Shown here in pieces: positions 38,549 through 50,016 of a stretch of 64,000 nt of DNA. The notes below the pieces were generated by a model. The model saw nothing but the letters and a program-made list of their open reading frames with translations. It had not been told where the DNA came from and made no database searches. Source of the DNA: Candidatus Tectimicrobiota bacterium (GTDB taxonomy: Bacteria; JACPUC01); NCBI GenBank assembly GCA_016192455.1, contig JACPUC010000027.1:1-64000 (forward strand). The letters are read 5' to 3'. Position 1 is the stretch's first letter, and each line of letters opens with the position of its first letter. A program made the position numbers and the translations under genes.

Positions 38549-39370
38549 TCATGATGAGGGCTGTTCGAGTACGATGAGCACCTCTTCCAGCCGCCGCAGG
38601 TTGGCGCTCGGCACCACCTCGGCGATCTGGAACAACCCCTCCTGGCTGGCGCGCACGGCGTTCACATGGCCGATGAGCAGACCGGGCGGAAAGATGCCGC
38701 CGTGGCCGGAAGAGACTACGCGGTCGCCCAGACGGAGGCTGTCGCCGAGGGGAACGTAGTTCATCCGCAGCAGCGAGGAATTCCTGCCGACCAGGACACC
38801 GTTGGCGCGGGTGCGCTGGATGATCCCATCCACGGCGCTGCGCACATCGGTGATGAGAAGCACCTGCGAGGAGGTGTAGCTGGCGGCGATGATATGCCCG
38901 ACGATTCCCTCGTGGTTCACCACCGCCATCTTCTGCTGCACGCCATCGCGCCGGCCGCGGTCCAGGACCATCGTTTGCGACCAGTTCGTGGCGGCATGGC
39001 CGATGACGCGCGCGCCGAGGAGGTTGAGGGGGGTGCGTTCCTTCAGGGCGAGGAGCCGCCGCAGGCGTTCATTCTCCTGTCGCTGCTCGTCGGCGGCCAA
39101 GAGCTTGGCGCGCAATTCTTCATTCTCTTGCCGCAGGCGAACATTCCCATCCTGCACGTTGATCAGCACGAGGTAGCGACTCCACGCCTCGCCGGCGCTC
39201 CGTTGCGCAAAGTGAACCGCGCGCTGCGCTGGCGCGAGGATGATCTGCGCCAGATCGGCCAGCATGAGGGGATCGGGATTCCCTCGGATGTTCAAGGAAA
39301 TCAACACGAAGGAGAAGAGGGTGATGGCCAGGAGAAGGAAGAGGTGACGACGTTGGAAGGTATGCTTCAT
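38549..39370 (-). CDS. mreC: Rod shape-determining protein MreC
   Basis: ENERLRRLL coiled coil, LDRGRRDGV, SSGHGGIFPPGLLIG. Confidence 0.93.
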   Translation of the reverse strand: MKHTFQRRHLFLLLAITLFSFVLISLNIRGNPDPLMLADLAQIILAPAQRAVHFAQRSAGEAWSRYLVLINVQDGNVRLRQENEELRAKLLAADEQRQENERLRRLLALKERTPLNLLGARVIGHAATNWSQTMVLDRGRRDGVQQKMAVVNHEGIVGHIIAASYTSSQVLLITDVRSAVDGIIQRTRANGVLVGRNSSLLRMNYVPLGDSLRLGDRVVSSGHGGIFPPGLLIGHVNAVRASQEGLFQIAEVVPSANLRRLEEVLIVLEQPSS

Positions 39371-39578
39371 GCTTGGGAGATGATCGGCATTCGGATGGGC
39401 TGGCCTGCCACGGTTTGGCGGTAAGCCGCGGCGCCCCGCTCACGCCACTGCACCGACGGCAGCGCCTCCGCCGCTCGGCGCCTCGATTCCCCGCGCCCCT
39501 CGCAGCCGCGTCCGCGGCGTCGCGCTCCCCGCTGCCGGCCATGCCCCCGCCGGCGAAGCCCTGAGCCGCGCGCGGAGA

Positions 39579-40619
<1,041 letters not shown>

Positions 40620-40802
40620 TCATGGGAGGCCGCTCACCTTGATTGATTCAGACAAACCGTGCTGCTCACCACTCAGCGCCACACCCAGCAGCGTCCGGCG
40701 CAGGAGTACCTTGCGCGGACTCTTCCTTTCGCCATACCATAAAGGAGACCGCACCGGAAGGCAATGGCTTAGCTTGTAATTTTGACAATTTTTTCGTTCC
40801 CT

Positions 40803-40830
40803 TTGCAAACGCGGCAGGGTGCCGTACTAT
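40803..40830 (+). promoter_or_regulatory. Candidate sigma70 promoter upstream of ppiD
   Basis: TTGCAA-16-TACTAT in the AT-rich part of the mreB/ppiD divergent region. Confidence 0.35.
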
Positions 40831-41028
40831 GCTACGCTTACACCTCACCCGCGACGTGGGGGGAGAGCATGCCGCGGCAGCGCCCGCGGCGGTGATCGGC
40901 CGCCGGAGCAGCCGTGTGCGGGCCTCGGGCGGCGCGGCGGACGGAGGCGGCGGCGACAACAGCGCCCGCGGCATGCACGCCCGGATCACCTTGCCACACG
41001 CACGGACAACCTGAAGAGAAGTAGCACC

Positions 41029-42945
41029 ATGCTGACCTACCTGCGCAAGAACGCTCAAAGTTGGATGATCAAGACAATCCTCTGGGCCCTCGTGGCCGCC
41101 TTCGTGGGCACGATCTTCCTGGTGTGGGGACGCGGCACCGAGACTGGCAAGCAGAATGTCGTGGCGACCGTGCAGGGAGAGCCGATCTCGTCTCGGGAGT
41201 ACCAGGAAGCCTATACCACGCTGCTGGAGAACTACCGGCAGTTTTATGGCCGCAACCTCAACAACGAGCTCCTGCGCAGCCTGAACCTCGGCCGCTTGGC
41301 GCTGGATCAGCTCATCGAGCGGCGCCTGGTCGGCTCGGAGGCGTTCCGCCTCGGCCTGCGCGTCAGCGACCGGGATGTCTCCCTGCGGGTGCAAAGCCTC
41401 CCCTTCTTTCAGTCAAGCGGTCGCTTCGATACGCAGCGCTACGACACCTTCCTGCGCACGCGCGGCATGCGTCCGCAACAGTTCGAGCAGCTCGTGCGCG
41501 GGGAAATCCTGCAGAATCGCTACCGGGACCTTGTCACCCAGGCGGTGACGCTGACCGACGACGAAGTGGCCGAGACGTATCGCCAGGAGAACGAAAAGGT
41601 CGAGATCGCTTACGTGCGCGTGCGCGGCAGTCGTTTCCAGGACGTTGTGGAGGTGACGCAGGAGGAGATGGCGAAGTACTACAACGAGCACGCCGCGGAG
41701 TTTCGCGAGCCTGAGAAGCGCCGGGTTGAGTACCTCTCCCTCCTTTACGCGGCCTACGAACCAAAGACCATTGCCGACGACCAGGTGGCGGCCTACTACC
41801 GGGAGCACCAGGACGAGTTCCTCGACAGTGAGCAGAAGGAACGCGAGGTGCGGGCCCGCCATGTGCTCATCAAGCTGAAGCCGAATGCCTCGCAGGAGGA
41901 GCGCCAGGCGGCCCGGCGCAAGGCCGACGAGACGCGTCAGAAAGCGCTGGCCGGCGAGGACTTCGCCAAGCTGGCGAGGGAGAACTCCGAAGACGCCACG
42001 GCCGCCAAGGGCGGTGATTTGGGATTCTTCAGCCGCGGCGCCATGGTCAAATCATTCGCCGATGCAGCCTTCGCCTTGAAGCCCGGCGAAATCAGCGAGG
42101 TGGTGGAGAGCGAGTTCGGCTCCCACGTCATCAAGGTGGAGGAGGTGCGCGAGCCGCAGGTGAAACCGCTCGAGACGGTGCGCGCCGACATCGCGGCGAA
42201 GCTGCGGCGCGAGGAGGCAAAGCGGCTGGCCAGCGAGACGGCCCGCAAGGTCCTGCGCGAGGACCTGGAAGGGCTTGGCTTCGCGGCCCTGGCCAAGCGG
42301 TTCGCGGTGAAGCACGAGACGCCGCCGGCCTTCGCGCGAACGGGACCCATTCCAGGGCTGCCGCCCCGCGTGATGGCAAGTGTCGCCAAGGCGACCTTCG
42401 AGCTTGATGCAAACAAGTTCAGCGAGGCGGTCGAGACCGAGAGCGGCCTCTTCTTCCTCCACCTCGTGGAGCTCCTGCCCTCCTACGTTCCAAAGCTGCA
42501 GGAGGTCATTGCCAAGGTGAAGCAGCACCTCGTGCGCGACAAGGGGAAGGCGCAGGCGGAGCGCGTCGCCCGGACCCTCCTGGAGCTCATCGAGAAGACC
42601 CCCCTCACCTTCGATCTCGTGGCCGCGAGTGACGCCTACAAGCCGGAGCGGCCTGCTCCCTTCACGCACCATGCGGGTATCCCCGGCATTGGGCGCAGCA
42701 GCGAGCTGATCACCCAGGCGTTCGCCAACCAGCCCGGCTATGTGGGAGTCTTCAGCTCGGCAGACAGCGCGTTTCTCTTCCGCGTGGAGAAGCGCATCCC
42801 TGTTGATGAGAAGAAGTTCGCCGAGGAGCGCCGGCAGTTCGCGGCGGACCTCGAGGCGCGCAAACGGAGCCGCTTCTTCGCCACCTGGCTGGGACAGCTC
42901 CGGCAGGCCACGCAGGTGCAGGTCAACGAGGCGCTCCTCTTCTAG
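41029..42945 (+). CDS. ppiD: PpiD-like chaperone (SurA N-terminal + parvulin PPIase domains)
   Basis: N-terminal TM; VRARHVLIK, FAKLARENSED, GGDLGFF, ESEFGSHVIKV. Confidence 0.85.
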   Translation: MLTYLRKNAQSWMIKTILWALVAAFVGTIFLVWGRGTETGKQNVVATVQGEPISSREYQEAYTTLLENYRQFYGRNLNNELLRSLNLGRLALDQLIERRLVGSEAFRLGLRVSDRDVSLRVQSLPFFQSSGRFDTQRYDTFLRTRGMRPQQFEQLVRGEILQNRYRDLVTQAVTLTDDEVAETYRQENEKVEIAYVRVRGSRFQDVVEVTQEEMAKYYNEHAAEFREPEKRRVEYLSLLYAAYEPKTIADDQVAAYYREHQDEFLDSEQKEREVRARHVLIKLKPNASQEERQAARRKADETRQKALAGEDFAKLARENSEDATAAKGGDLGFFSRGAMVKSFADAAFALKPGEISEVVESEFGSHVIKVEEVREPQVKPLETVRADIAAKLRREEAKRLASETARKVLREDLEGLGFAALAKRFAVKHETPPAFARTGPIPGLPPRVMASVAKATFELDANKFSEAVETESGLFFLHLVELLPSYVPKLQEVIAKVKQHLVRDKGKAQAERVARTLLELIEKTPLTFDLVAASDAYKPERPAPFTHHAGIPGIGRSSELITQAFANQPGYVGVFSSADSAFLFRVEKRIPVDEKKFAEERRQFAADLEARKRSRFFATWLGQLRQATQVQVNEALLF

Positions 42946-42992
42946 TCTTCTGTCGCCCCAGGTCATCGACGAAGCGGCGGAATCGTTTCCAC

Positions 42993-43748
42993 TTACGGCA
43001 GCGGGAGATGAGAGAGCCGCGTCGCCGCCGGGCGCTCGATGAACCAGGTGAGCCTGCCGGCGCGCGGCTGTACGCCTTGCGCGGGGAGACGCAGCGGCTG
43101 GCGCGGCCCCTCGAGGACCTGGCGCACCGTCTCGGCCTTGGCGGCTCCGGTCACCAGGAAGAGGATGTCGGCGGCCCGGTTGAGCACAGGGTAGGTAAGG
43201 GTGAGCCGAGAGGGGCCGTCGCCGCCGAGGCGCGCGGCGGCCACCCAGCGCTCCTGCTCCCGCAAGGCGGGGTGGTTGGGGAAGAGAGAGGCGGTGTGTC
43301 CATCGGCGCCGAGGCCGAGGAGAACGAGGTCGAAGCGAGGCTCCTGAAGCCCGAGGTGCTGGAAGAAGTGGCGCAGGTGCTCCTCGTAGGCGGCAGCCGC
43401 GGCGGCCGCATCGGCAAGCTCGCCTGCCATGCGGTGCACTTGCGCGGGCCTGAGCGGGAGCCTTGAGAGCAGCGCCTGGCGCGCCATGCGGTAGTTGCTC
43501 GCCGGGTCGTCCGGGCCGACGCAGCGCTCGTCCCCCCAGAAGAACTCCGCCTGCCGCCACGGCGCCTCGCGCCGCCAGGGGTCAGTCGCCAGCAGTTCGT
43601 AGAGCCGGCGCGGCGTTGAACCCCCGGCCAACGCCAGGGTGGCCACGCCGCGCGCTTCCGCCGCCCGCCGCAGGCAATCGCCGACGTAGGCGGCCGCCGC
43701 GCGCGCAAGTTCCTCCTCGCTGTCGAAGGTGCGCACGTCCGCCGTCAT
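42993..43748 (-). CDS. pgl: 6-phosphogluconolactonase
   Basis: LAGGSTP, FWGDERCV, SNYRMA and LGLGADGHTASLFP motifs. Confidence 0.95.
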   Translation of the reverse strand: MTADVRTFDSEEELARAAAAYVGDCLRRAAEARGVATLALAGGSTPRRLYELLATDPWRREAPWRQAEFFWGDERCVGPDDPASNYRMARQALLSRLPLRPAQVHRMAGELADAAAAAAAYEEHLRHFFQHLGLQEPRFDLVLLGLGADGHTASLFPNHPALREQERWVAAARLGGDGPSRLTLTYPVLNRAADILFLVTGAAKAETVRQVLEGPRQPLRLPAQGVQPRAGRLTWFIERPAATRLSHLPLP

Positions 43749-44074
43749 CGTCCCGCCCCTTCAGGCATCCGCTCGACCTTAAGAAGCGATCCTCCGAAGG
43801 GAACGCCTGAAGCAGAAGTGGTGCATCCAGGCGGTGGGGGATTCTCGCTCCCGCCACCGCTGGGCACGCGCATGCGCCCCTCCTTCACGAGGCCGTTTCC
43901 GGGTTTTCCATGAGTCGAGAGGTTGGCGCTGAGGCGCGTGCCGGCACAGCGCTGCTTGCTCACACACTCGCAGCGCGGGCGTCGCGCCCGCGCGCGCTCC
44001 GGCGCCTGAGCTGCGGAAGAGGGAATCTCCCGATCCCGTGTCGAGATGGCGTGATGAGCTGCCCTGGAGGTGAT

Positions 44075-44096
44075 GCGGGCGAGACGCCCGCGCTCC
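44075..44096. repeat. GGAG-type REP hairpin
   Basis: gcgggcgagacgcccgcgctcc; related unit ggagcgcaggcttccagcctgc at 55186-55207. Confidence 0.55.
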
Positions 44097-44257
44097 TCGC
44101 GCCCTTGGGGTAACCCCTGCACGAGGGCGTTCGCTTGCGGCGCCGTCTCAGCTTGCTCTCCGCAGTACCTCCCCGGCCTCTCCAGGCCAGGGGCGGCTCT
44201 TTCAACTCCACCCGCTGGTACCGCCCCCTCGCGACAGCCGGGGGGGGAGAGGCGGGC

Positions 44258-46123
44258 TCAGGCGCGCCGGCTCGCCCGCGTAGAGGTTGCGCGCCGGCGC
44301 TGCTTTGCGGCCCGGCCGGAGGCCGCCTTGGCAGCGGCGGGCTTGGCGGCGGCCCCCTTGGCAGGCTTGGTGGTCGCGCCGCGGCGCAGCCTCGCCGTCG
44401 CCTTCGCATCAACGACGAAAGTGGCGGGATCGACGACCACCTTGTAGACCTTGCGGGCCGCGGCCGGGGAGATGATCTCGTTGCGCACGTCCAGGGCCAC
44501 GAGCTGGGGATCGCGCTGCGCCGGGTTGCCGACGCCGGCTCCGCCGCTGCTGATCTTGATGACGACGTCCTTGTTCTTGAGCTGCACGAGGCGGTGCGGC
44601 TTGACGCGGATGCGCTGCGAGCCGCGCTGGATATAGGTGCGGCACGGCGGGCAGGGTTGGCCGCCCTCGGCGCCGGGACCGAACGTCGTATCGCCGTCGG
44701 AGCTGCCGGTTGCCATGCCGGAGTCGCTCCCCTGGTTCTGCGCCTCCCAGTAGACGCCCGCTCCGCCCCGCCAGCGCCCGGCGCCCTGCAGGTCGGTGGC
44801 GAACTCGAGCTTGTGCATGTAGAAGGGGATGCGGATTTCCATCTCCTCGATGTTGCCGCGCGTCACCGCGGCCAGGGCCGTCAGGGCCGACAGCCCCTGG
44901 TAGCCGTCCTGCCCCCAGACGGCGCCGCCGCTGCCGTCGTAGTCGAAGGAGGTGCGCACGTAGCGCTCGTTGGTGCGCGGGTCAACGCCGAAGACGTAGT
45001 CGCCGCGATGCTTCGCCCAGGCCGCGATGGAGCGCTGCGGCACGGCCTGGGAGAGGGCCATGAGCACCGCCTCCATCACCTGGATGCCGACGTTCACCGG
45101 GGAGGCGCCGACGGTGGCGGGGTACTCGCAGTTCACCACCAGCCCCTGCGGCGCGATGACCTCGATGGGGCGCATGGTGCCTTCGTTGTGGTAGTCGGCC
45201 AGGGTGGCATCGAAGACGAGCACCGCCGCCGCGATGGCATTGCCGTAAGTGGCGGCATAGACGCTGTTGATGAACCCCTTGCGCTGCTTGTCGCTCTGCG
45301 AGAAGTCGAGCGTCATGCGGTCGCCCTTCACCGTCACGGCCACGCGGATCCACACCGGCTCGTCGAGCACCGTGCCATCGTCATCGGTAGCTGATTCGCC
45401 GAAGTACGTGCCGGCGGGAATCTTCCTGATCTCGGCGCGCACCGCCCGCTCGGTGCGCTGGATCATCTCGTCGATGCAGGCCTTCACGGTCTCCTTGCCA
45501 TACTTCTTCAGCATGGCGAGCAGGCGCTTCTCGCACAGGGCGGTGGAGGCGATCATCGAGTAGTTGTCGACGCGCACCCCCTGGGGCCAGCGCACGTTGT
45601 TCCAGATGAGCTCGAAGAGGTCCTTGTTCTCGACGCCCTTCTCGTAGACCTTCAGCGGCGGAATGCAGATGCCCTCGGCATGGATGTCGTAGCCGTTGGG
45701 GAAGTAGCCACCGGGGTAGGCGCCGCCCGTGTCCTCCTGGTGGGCCCGCGCCAGGGTGATGAAGATGAGCTCGCCGTCGAAGAAGACGGGGCGGAAGAAG
45801 CCCCAGTCGGGCAGGTGGCAGTTGTGACCTCCGTGGTAGGGATCGTTGGTCAGGATGATATCGCCCGGGTGGAGGTTGTCCTTGAACTTCTCCGTGATCG
45901 ACTTGACGGCGAACGATGCTCCCAGGAACTGCACCGGCAGCCCCACCGGCACGGCGACGGTGCGGCCCTGGGCGTCCCAGATGCCGACGGAGATGTCGTG
46001 GAGCTGCCCCATGAGGTAGTTCTGCGCGGTGCGGTCCATGACGTGGCGCATCTCGCGGCAGAGGGTCTGCATTGTGTGCCAGACGGTGGCCAGGGTGATG
46101 GGATCGACGACGGAACTAGGCAT
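44258..46123 (-). CDS. Hydantoinase B/oxoprolinase family subunit
   Basis: DPITLATVW, NDPYHGGHNCHLPD, HQEDTGG, GAGRWRGG and GGAGVGNP motifs. Confidence 0.93.
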   Translation of the reverse strand: MPSSVVDPITLATVWHTMQTLCREMRHVMDRTAQNYLMGQLHDISVGIWDAQGRTVAVPVGLPVQFLGASFAVKSITEKFKDNLHPGDIILTNDPYHGGHNCHLPDWGFFRPVFFDGELIFITLARAHQEDTGGAYPGGYFPNGYDIHAEGICIPPLKVYEKGVENKDLFELIWNNVRWPQGVRVDNYSMIASTALCEKRLLAMLKKYGKETVKACIDEMIQRTERAVRAEIRKIPAGTYFGESATDDDGTVLDEPVWIRVAVTVKGDRMTLDFSQSDKQRKGFINSVYAATYGNAIAAAVLVFDATLADYHNEGTMRPIEVIAPQGLVVNCEYPATVGASPVNVGIQVMEAVLMALSQAVPQRSIAAWAKHRGDYVFGVDPRTNERYVRTSFDYDGSGGAVWGQDGYQGLSALTALAAVTRGNIEEMEIRIPFYMHKLEFATDLQGAGRWRGGAGVYWEAQNQGSDSGMATGSSDGDTTFGPGAEGGQPCPPCRTYIQRGSQRIRVKPHRLVQLKNKDVVIKISSGGAGVGNPAQRDPQLVALDVRNEIISPAAARKVYKVVVDPATFVVDAKATARLRRGATTKPAKGAAAKPAAAKAASGRAAKQRRRATSTRASRRA

Positions 46124-46155
46124 GCCGCTGCTCCTCTCTTGTGCCCCGCCAGCCG

Positions 46156-48216
46156 TTAGCGCCGGGTGAGGATATAGTTCTTGTAGGCGTCGATCGCGCA
46201 GGCGAAGCCGGGCGGAATGACCACGGTGGTGGTTGGCTCCTCAATGATCGCCGGCCCCTTGAAGGTGTTGTTCGCCAGCAGCCTGTCGCTGTCGTAGATG
46301 GGCGTGTCGAGCTGGCGGCCATGGAAACGGCAGGGACGCTTGCTCTTCAGGGCGGCCTTGGCGTCGGCCTTCCCCGGCTTGATCTTGCTGAGCTTGAAGG
46401 GCGCCCGCGGGGCGACCGCCTTCAGCCGGAAGGTGAGGAACTCGACCTCGCGCCACGGCATCGAGAAGGTGAAGAGCTCGTCGTGCCGCTTGTGGAAGTT
46501 GTTCAGGATGAGCTCGAGATCGGCCGCCCCCAATTTGCCGTTCGGCATCTCCACCTCCACCTGGTGGAACTGGCGGACGTAGCGCATCTCCGCGGTGCGG
46601 TTCAAGACGACGTCCTGCACGGGAATCTTCATGGAGCGGATGTTGGCGCGGGCTTCCTTCTCCATTTGCGCGTAGAGGCTGTTGACGCGCCGCAGGTCGA
46701 GGCGCAGCGCCCGGGAGACGAAGGAGCGCGCGAAGTCGCGCCCGAGGTCCATCGAGAACATGCCGAAGGCGCTGAACAGGGCGGCGGTCGATGGCACGAT
46801 GATCTTCTCGATGCCGAGCTGCTCGGCGATGAAGGCGGCGTGCACGGCGCCGGCGCCGCCCCCCGCCACCAGGGTGAAATCGCGCACGTCGTAGCCCCGC
46901 TTCGTGGAGACCTCCGTGATCTGGTTCGCCATGTTCATGTTCACCGTGGTGAAGATCGCCTCGGCGGCCTCGTCCACGCTCATCTTGTGGGGACCCGCGA
47001 CGCTCTTCACGGCCTTGGTGGCGGCTCCGGCGTCGAGTGGGATGCTGCCGCCGAGGAAGAAGTCGGCGGGGACGTAGCCAAGCAGGAGGTCGGCGTCGGT
47101 CACCGTGGGCTGCGTGCCGCCGCGGTTGTAACACGCCGGTCCCGGCTCCGCGCCGGCGCTCTGCGGGCCGACGCGGAGCAGCCCGAGCGAGTCGATCCAG
47201 GCGATGCTGCCGCCGCCGGCGCCGATGCTGCGGACATCGACGATCTTGATCGCCACCCGGTGGTCCTCCTGCCACATCTCCGTGGTGGTGGGAATCTCGC
47301 CGCCCGGCAGGAGGCAGACATCGAAGCTCGTGCCGCCCATGTCCATGGTGAGCAGGTCGCGCTGCTTGGTCAGCGACCCCAGGAAGGTCCCCGCGCTTGG
47401 CTGGGCGGCGGGGCCGGAGCCGATGAGGAAGACGGCGCGCTTGGCGCAATGCTCGACGGTCTGCGTCAAGCCGTTGGCCAAAATCATCAGCATGGCCCCC
47501 TTGAGGCCGCTGCGCTTCAGCTCCCGCTCCAGCTTCCTCAGGTACTGGCTGACGACCGGCCCGACATAGGCATCCACCAGGGTGGTGCTGAAGCGCTCGT
47601 ACTCGCCCCACACCGGCAGGATGTCATGCGAGGCGCAGACGTAGAGGTCCGCGAAGCTGCCGCGCAGCAGGTTCGCCGCCGCTTCCTCGTTCTGCGGGTT
47701 GGCGTAGGAGTGCAGGAAACAGACGGCGATGGACTGCACCCCCTCCTGGCGCAGTTTCTCGGCTGCCTCGCGCACTTCGGTCGGGCTGACGGTCTTCAGG
47801 ACCTCGCCGTTCCAAAGGGTGCGCTCGGTCACCCCCAGGCGCAGGTAGCGCGGCACCAGCGGTTCGTAGGGTGGGATGAAAAGGTTGTACATGGAGACCC
47901 GGGGGTCCTTGATGCCGCGGCGAATCTCGACGAGGTCGCGAAAGTTCTTCGTCGTGATCATGCCCGTCTTCGCGCCCGCCTTGTTGATGAGCGTGTTGGT
48001 GGCCAACGTGGTGCCGTGCATCAACAGGTCCACGTCCTTCAGAAACGTGGAAAGGGGCTGCTCGAAGTGCTGCGCCGCTTGCTCCAACGCCTGCCTCACC
48101 CCTTGGGTGGGGTCCTGAGGGGTGGTCGGTGACTTGAAGGCGCTCAAGGCGCCCGAGGCATCGAGCACCAGACAGTCGGTGAACGTCCCCCCTACGTCGA
48201 TGGCGATCCTCTTCAT
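46156..48216 (-). CDS. Hydantoinase A/oxoprolinase family ATP-binding subunit
   Basis: IDVGGTFTD, HGTTLATN, DMGGTSFD and IGAGGGSIA motifs; GGAGG RBS before ATG 48216. Confidence 0.93.
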   Translation of the reverse strand: MKRIAIDVGGTFTDCLVLDASGALSAFKSPTTPQDPTQGVRQALEQAAQHFEQPLSTFLKDVDLLMHGTTLATNTLINKAGAKTGMITTKNFRDLVEIRRGIKDPRVSMYNLFIPPYEPLVPRYLRLGVTERTLWNGEVLKTVSPTEVREAAEKLRQEGVQSIAVCFLHSYANPQNEEAAANLLRGSFADLYVCASHDILPVWGEYERFSTTLVDAYVGPVVSQYLRKLERELKRSGLKGAMLMILANGLTQTVEHCAKRAVFLIGSGPAAQPSAGTFLGSLTKQRDLLTMDMGGTSFDVCLLPGGEIPTTTEMWQEDHRVAIKIVDVRSIGAGGGSIAWIDSLGLLRVGPQSAGAEPGPACYNRGGTQPTVTDADLLLGYVPADFFLGGSIPLDAGAATKAVKSVAGPHKMSVDEAAEAIFTTVNMNMANQITEVSTKRGYDVRDFTLVAGGGAGAVHAAFIAEQLGIEKIIVPSTAALFSAFGMFSMDLGRDFARSFVSRALRLDLRRVNSLYAQMEKEARANIRSMKIPVQDVVLNRTAEMRYVRQFHQVEVEMPNGKLGAADLELILNNFHKRHDELFTFSMPWREVEFLTFRLKAVAPRAPFKLSKIKPGKADAKAALKSKRPCRFHGRQLDTPIYDSDRLLANNTFKGPAIIEEPTTTVVIPPGFACAIDAYKNYILTRR

Positions 48217-48612
48217 TGCGCACCTCCCTCCGGGAACAGCAAGGACAGCCGCTTCCTCACCGGCGTTGCCACCCACCTCCACGCTGCGGCAGGCGAGCCG
48301 ACCCGTTGCCCCCCCTGGCGAGAACTCCGCGCGGCTCAGGGGGCCACGCGGGGGAACTGACGCGGCGCCCGCACCCAGGCGGATGGCCGCGCACAGCGTG
48401 GGCCGCAGCCGCCCGTTCGAGCGCTTGCCGGCGTCTCCTCAGTTGTTCTTCGGGAACGGCCTGCTGGGCGCGAAGGAAGCTACGATACGCCATTGGAGTA
48501 AGGAGCTTCTTTCACGGCGCGAGAGGCTTGGGCGTCCCTCGCGGCAGGCGCCCACGGCCAATTTGAACACACCGGCCAAGTGGATTTTGACAGATCATTT
48601 GATGTGAAACCA

Positions 48613-48624
48613 TGACATATGTCA
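48613..48624. promoter_or_regulatory. Palindromic operator candidate TGACATATGTCA
   Basis: Perfect 12-bp palindrome in AT-rich divergent promoter region; counterpart at 54943-54954. Confidence 0.65.
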
Positions 48625-48695
48625 ATTTCTAGTCCGCGGGACTGGTCTAAGATAGTAGATCTAGGTCAAAGTTTGGGGAGAACTCGGGAGGTGCG

Positions 48696-49931
48696 GTGAT
48701 GAACACGACCAAGGTGATGCGTGCTCTCTTACTCGTCTCTTTTGCCGCGGTGGTCGCCCTGTCACTCGCCATGCCGGGGATTGGCGGATCGCCGGCAGAA
48801 GCACAGCAGAAGCCGCCGATCAAGATCGGTGTCCTCTATGGGCTGACGGGAGTCTACGCCTTCCCGTCGAAACATGGGGTCCAGGGGGCGGCGCTGGCCT
48901 TCGAGGAGGCGAACTACCAGGTGGCCGGGCGGAAGATCGAGACCATCGTCGAGGACGACCAATCGCCCCAGGTGGCGGTGGGAGTGACCAAGGCGCGCAA
49001 GCTGGTTGAGAAAGACCGCGTGCACGCCGTCATGGGGATCATCTGGAGCCCCACCGGCGTGGCGGTGAGCGACTACATGAAGACGGTGGAGGTGCCGCTC
49101 GTCCTCACCGAGGCGGCCGCCCGCATCATCACCCAGGAGAAGCGCCACCCCTACGTCTTCCGCACCTCGTTCGCCAGCGGTCAGATGACGCTGCCGTTCT
49201 CGGCGTACGTCTGCAAGAACCTGGGGTACAAGCGCATCGTGACGTTCGCCTTCGACAGCGTCTTCGGGCGGGAGCAGGCGGACTACGTGGCGCAAGGCTG
49301 CGAGCAAGGCGGCGGCAAGGTGATCAAGCAGCTCTTCGCCCCGGTGCGCACGCCGGATATGGCCCCCTACCTGGCGCAGATCCAGGCCGAGAACCCCGAT
49401 GCCGTATGGGCCCTCTGGAGCGGCATCGCGGCCATCCAGTTCCTGCGCCAGTACAAGGAGTTCGGCCTGAAAGGGAAATACCCCTTGCTGACCTTCGGCA
49501 GCCTCTCCGGTGAGGACGTCCTGGCTCAGGTTCCCGACGCCGCCGAAGGGATGATCAGCTACTACTTCTATACCACCGCCTACGATGCACCGGAAAACAA
49601 GGCGTTCGTCGAGGCGTATACGAAGAAGTACAATATGCCGCCGGCAGTCTATGCGGGCCAAGGGTACCTGACGGCGAAGGTGATCCTGGCGGCGCTTGAA
49701 GCGATCAAGGGCAACGTGGAGGACAAGGCGGCCTTCCTCGCGGCGTTGCGCAACGTCTCCTTCGAGCGCGGCATCCGCGGCCCGTGGCGCTTCGACGCCT
49801 TCCAGAACGCCGTCTCCGACGTCTACGTCTTCAAAGTCGAGCGGGGCGCGGACGGCAAGGTGGGCCACAAGATCATCCACGTCCTGAAGAACGCCGAGCA
49901 GTACTGGCCGCAGGGCAAGCCGCAGCGGTAG
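48696..49931 (+). CDS. Liv-type ABC substrate-binding protein
   Basis: Signal peptide; PIKIGVLYGLTG, GRKIETIVEDD, DMAPYLAQI. Confidence 0.9.
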   Translation: MMNTTKVMRALLLVSFAAVVALSLAMPGIGGSPAEAQQKPPIKIGVLYGLTGVYAFPSKHGVQGAALAFEEANYQVAGRKIETIVEDDQSPQVAVGVTKARKLVEKDRVHAVMGIIWSPTGVAVSDYMKTVEVPLVLTEAAARIITQEKRHPYVFRTSFASGQMTLPFSAYVCKNLGYKRIVTFAFDSVFGREQADYVAQGCEQGGGKVIKQLFAPVRTPDMAPYLAQIQAENPDAVWALWSGIAAIQFLRQYKEFGLKGKYPLLTFGSLSGEDVLAQVPDAAEGMISYYFYTTAYDAPENKAFVEAYTKKYNMPPAVYAGQGYLTAKVILAALEAIKGNVEDKAAFLAALRNVSFERGIRGPWRFDAFQNAVSDVYVFKVERGADGKVGHKIIHVLKNAEQYWPQGKPQR

Positions 49932-50016
49932 CCGGCCGCGAGGCGGCGCGCCGAGGGATGGCGCCGGCGCGCCCTCCGCCGCCCTCCTCCGCCACCTCAG
50001 GGGTGAGCGCGCAACC

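Noticed and set aside
43870..44257. tRNA, 6S or tmRNA in this long intergenic region
   Set aside because: No cloverleaf, T-loop or other recognisable consensus; only a REP hairpin
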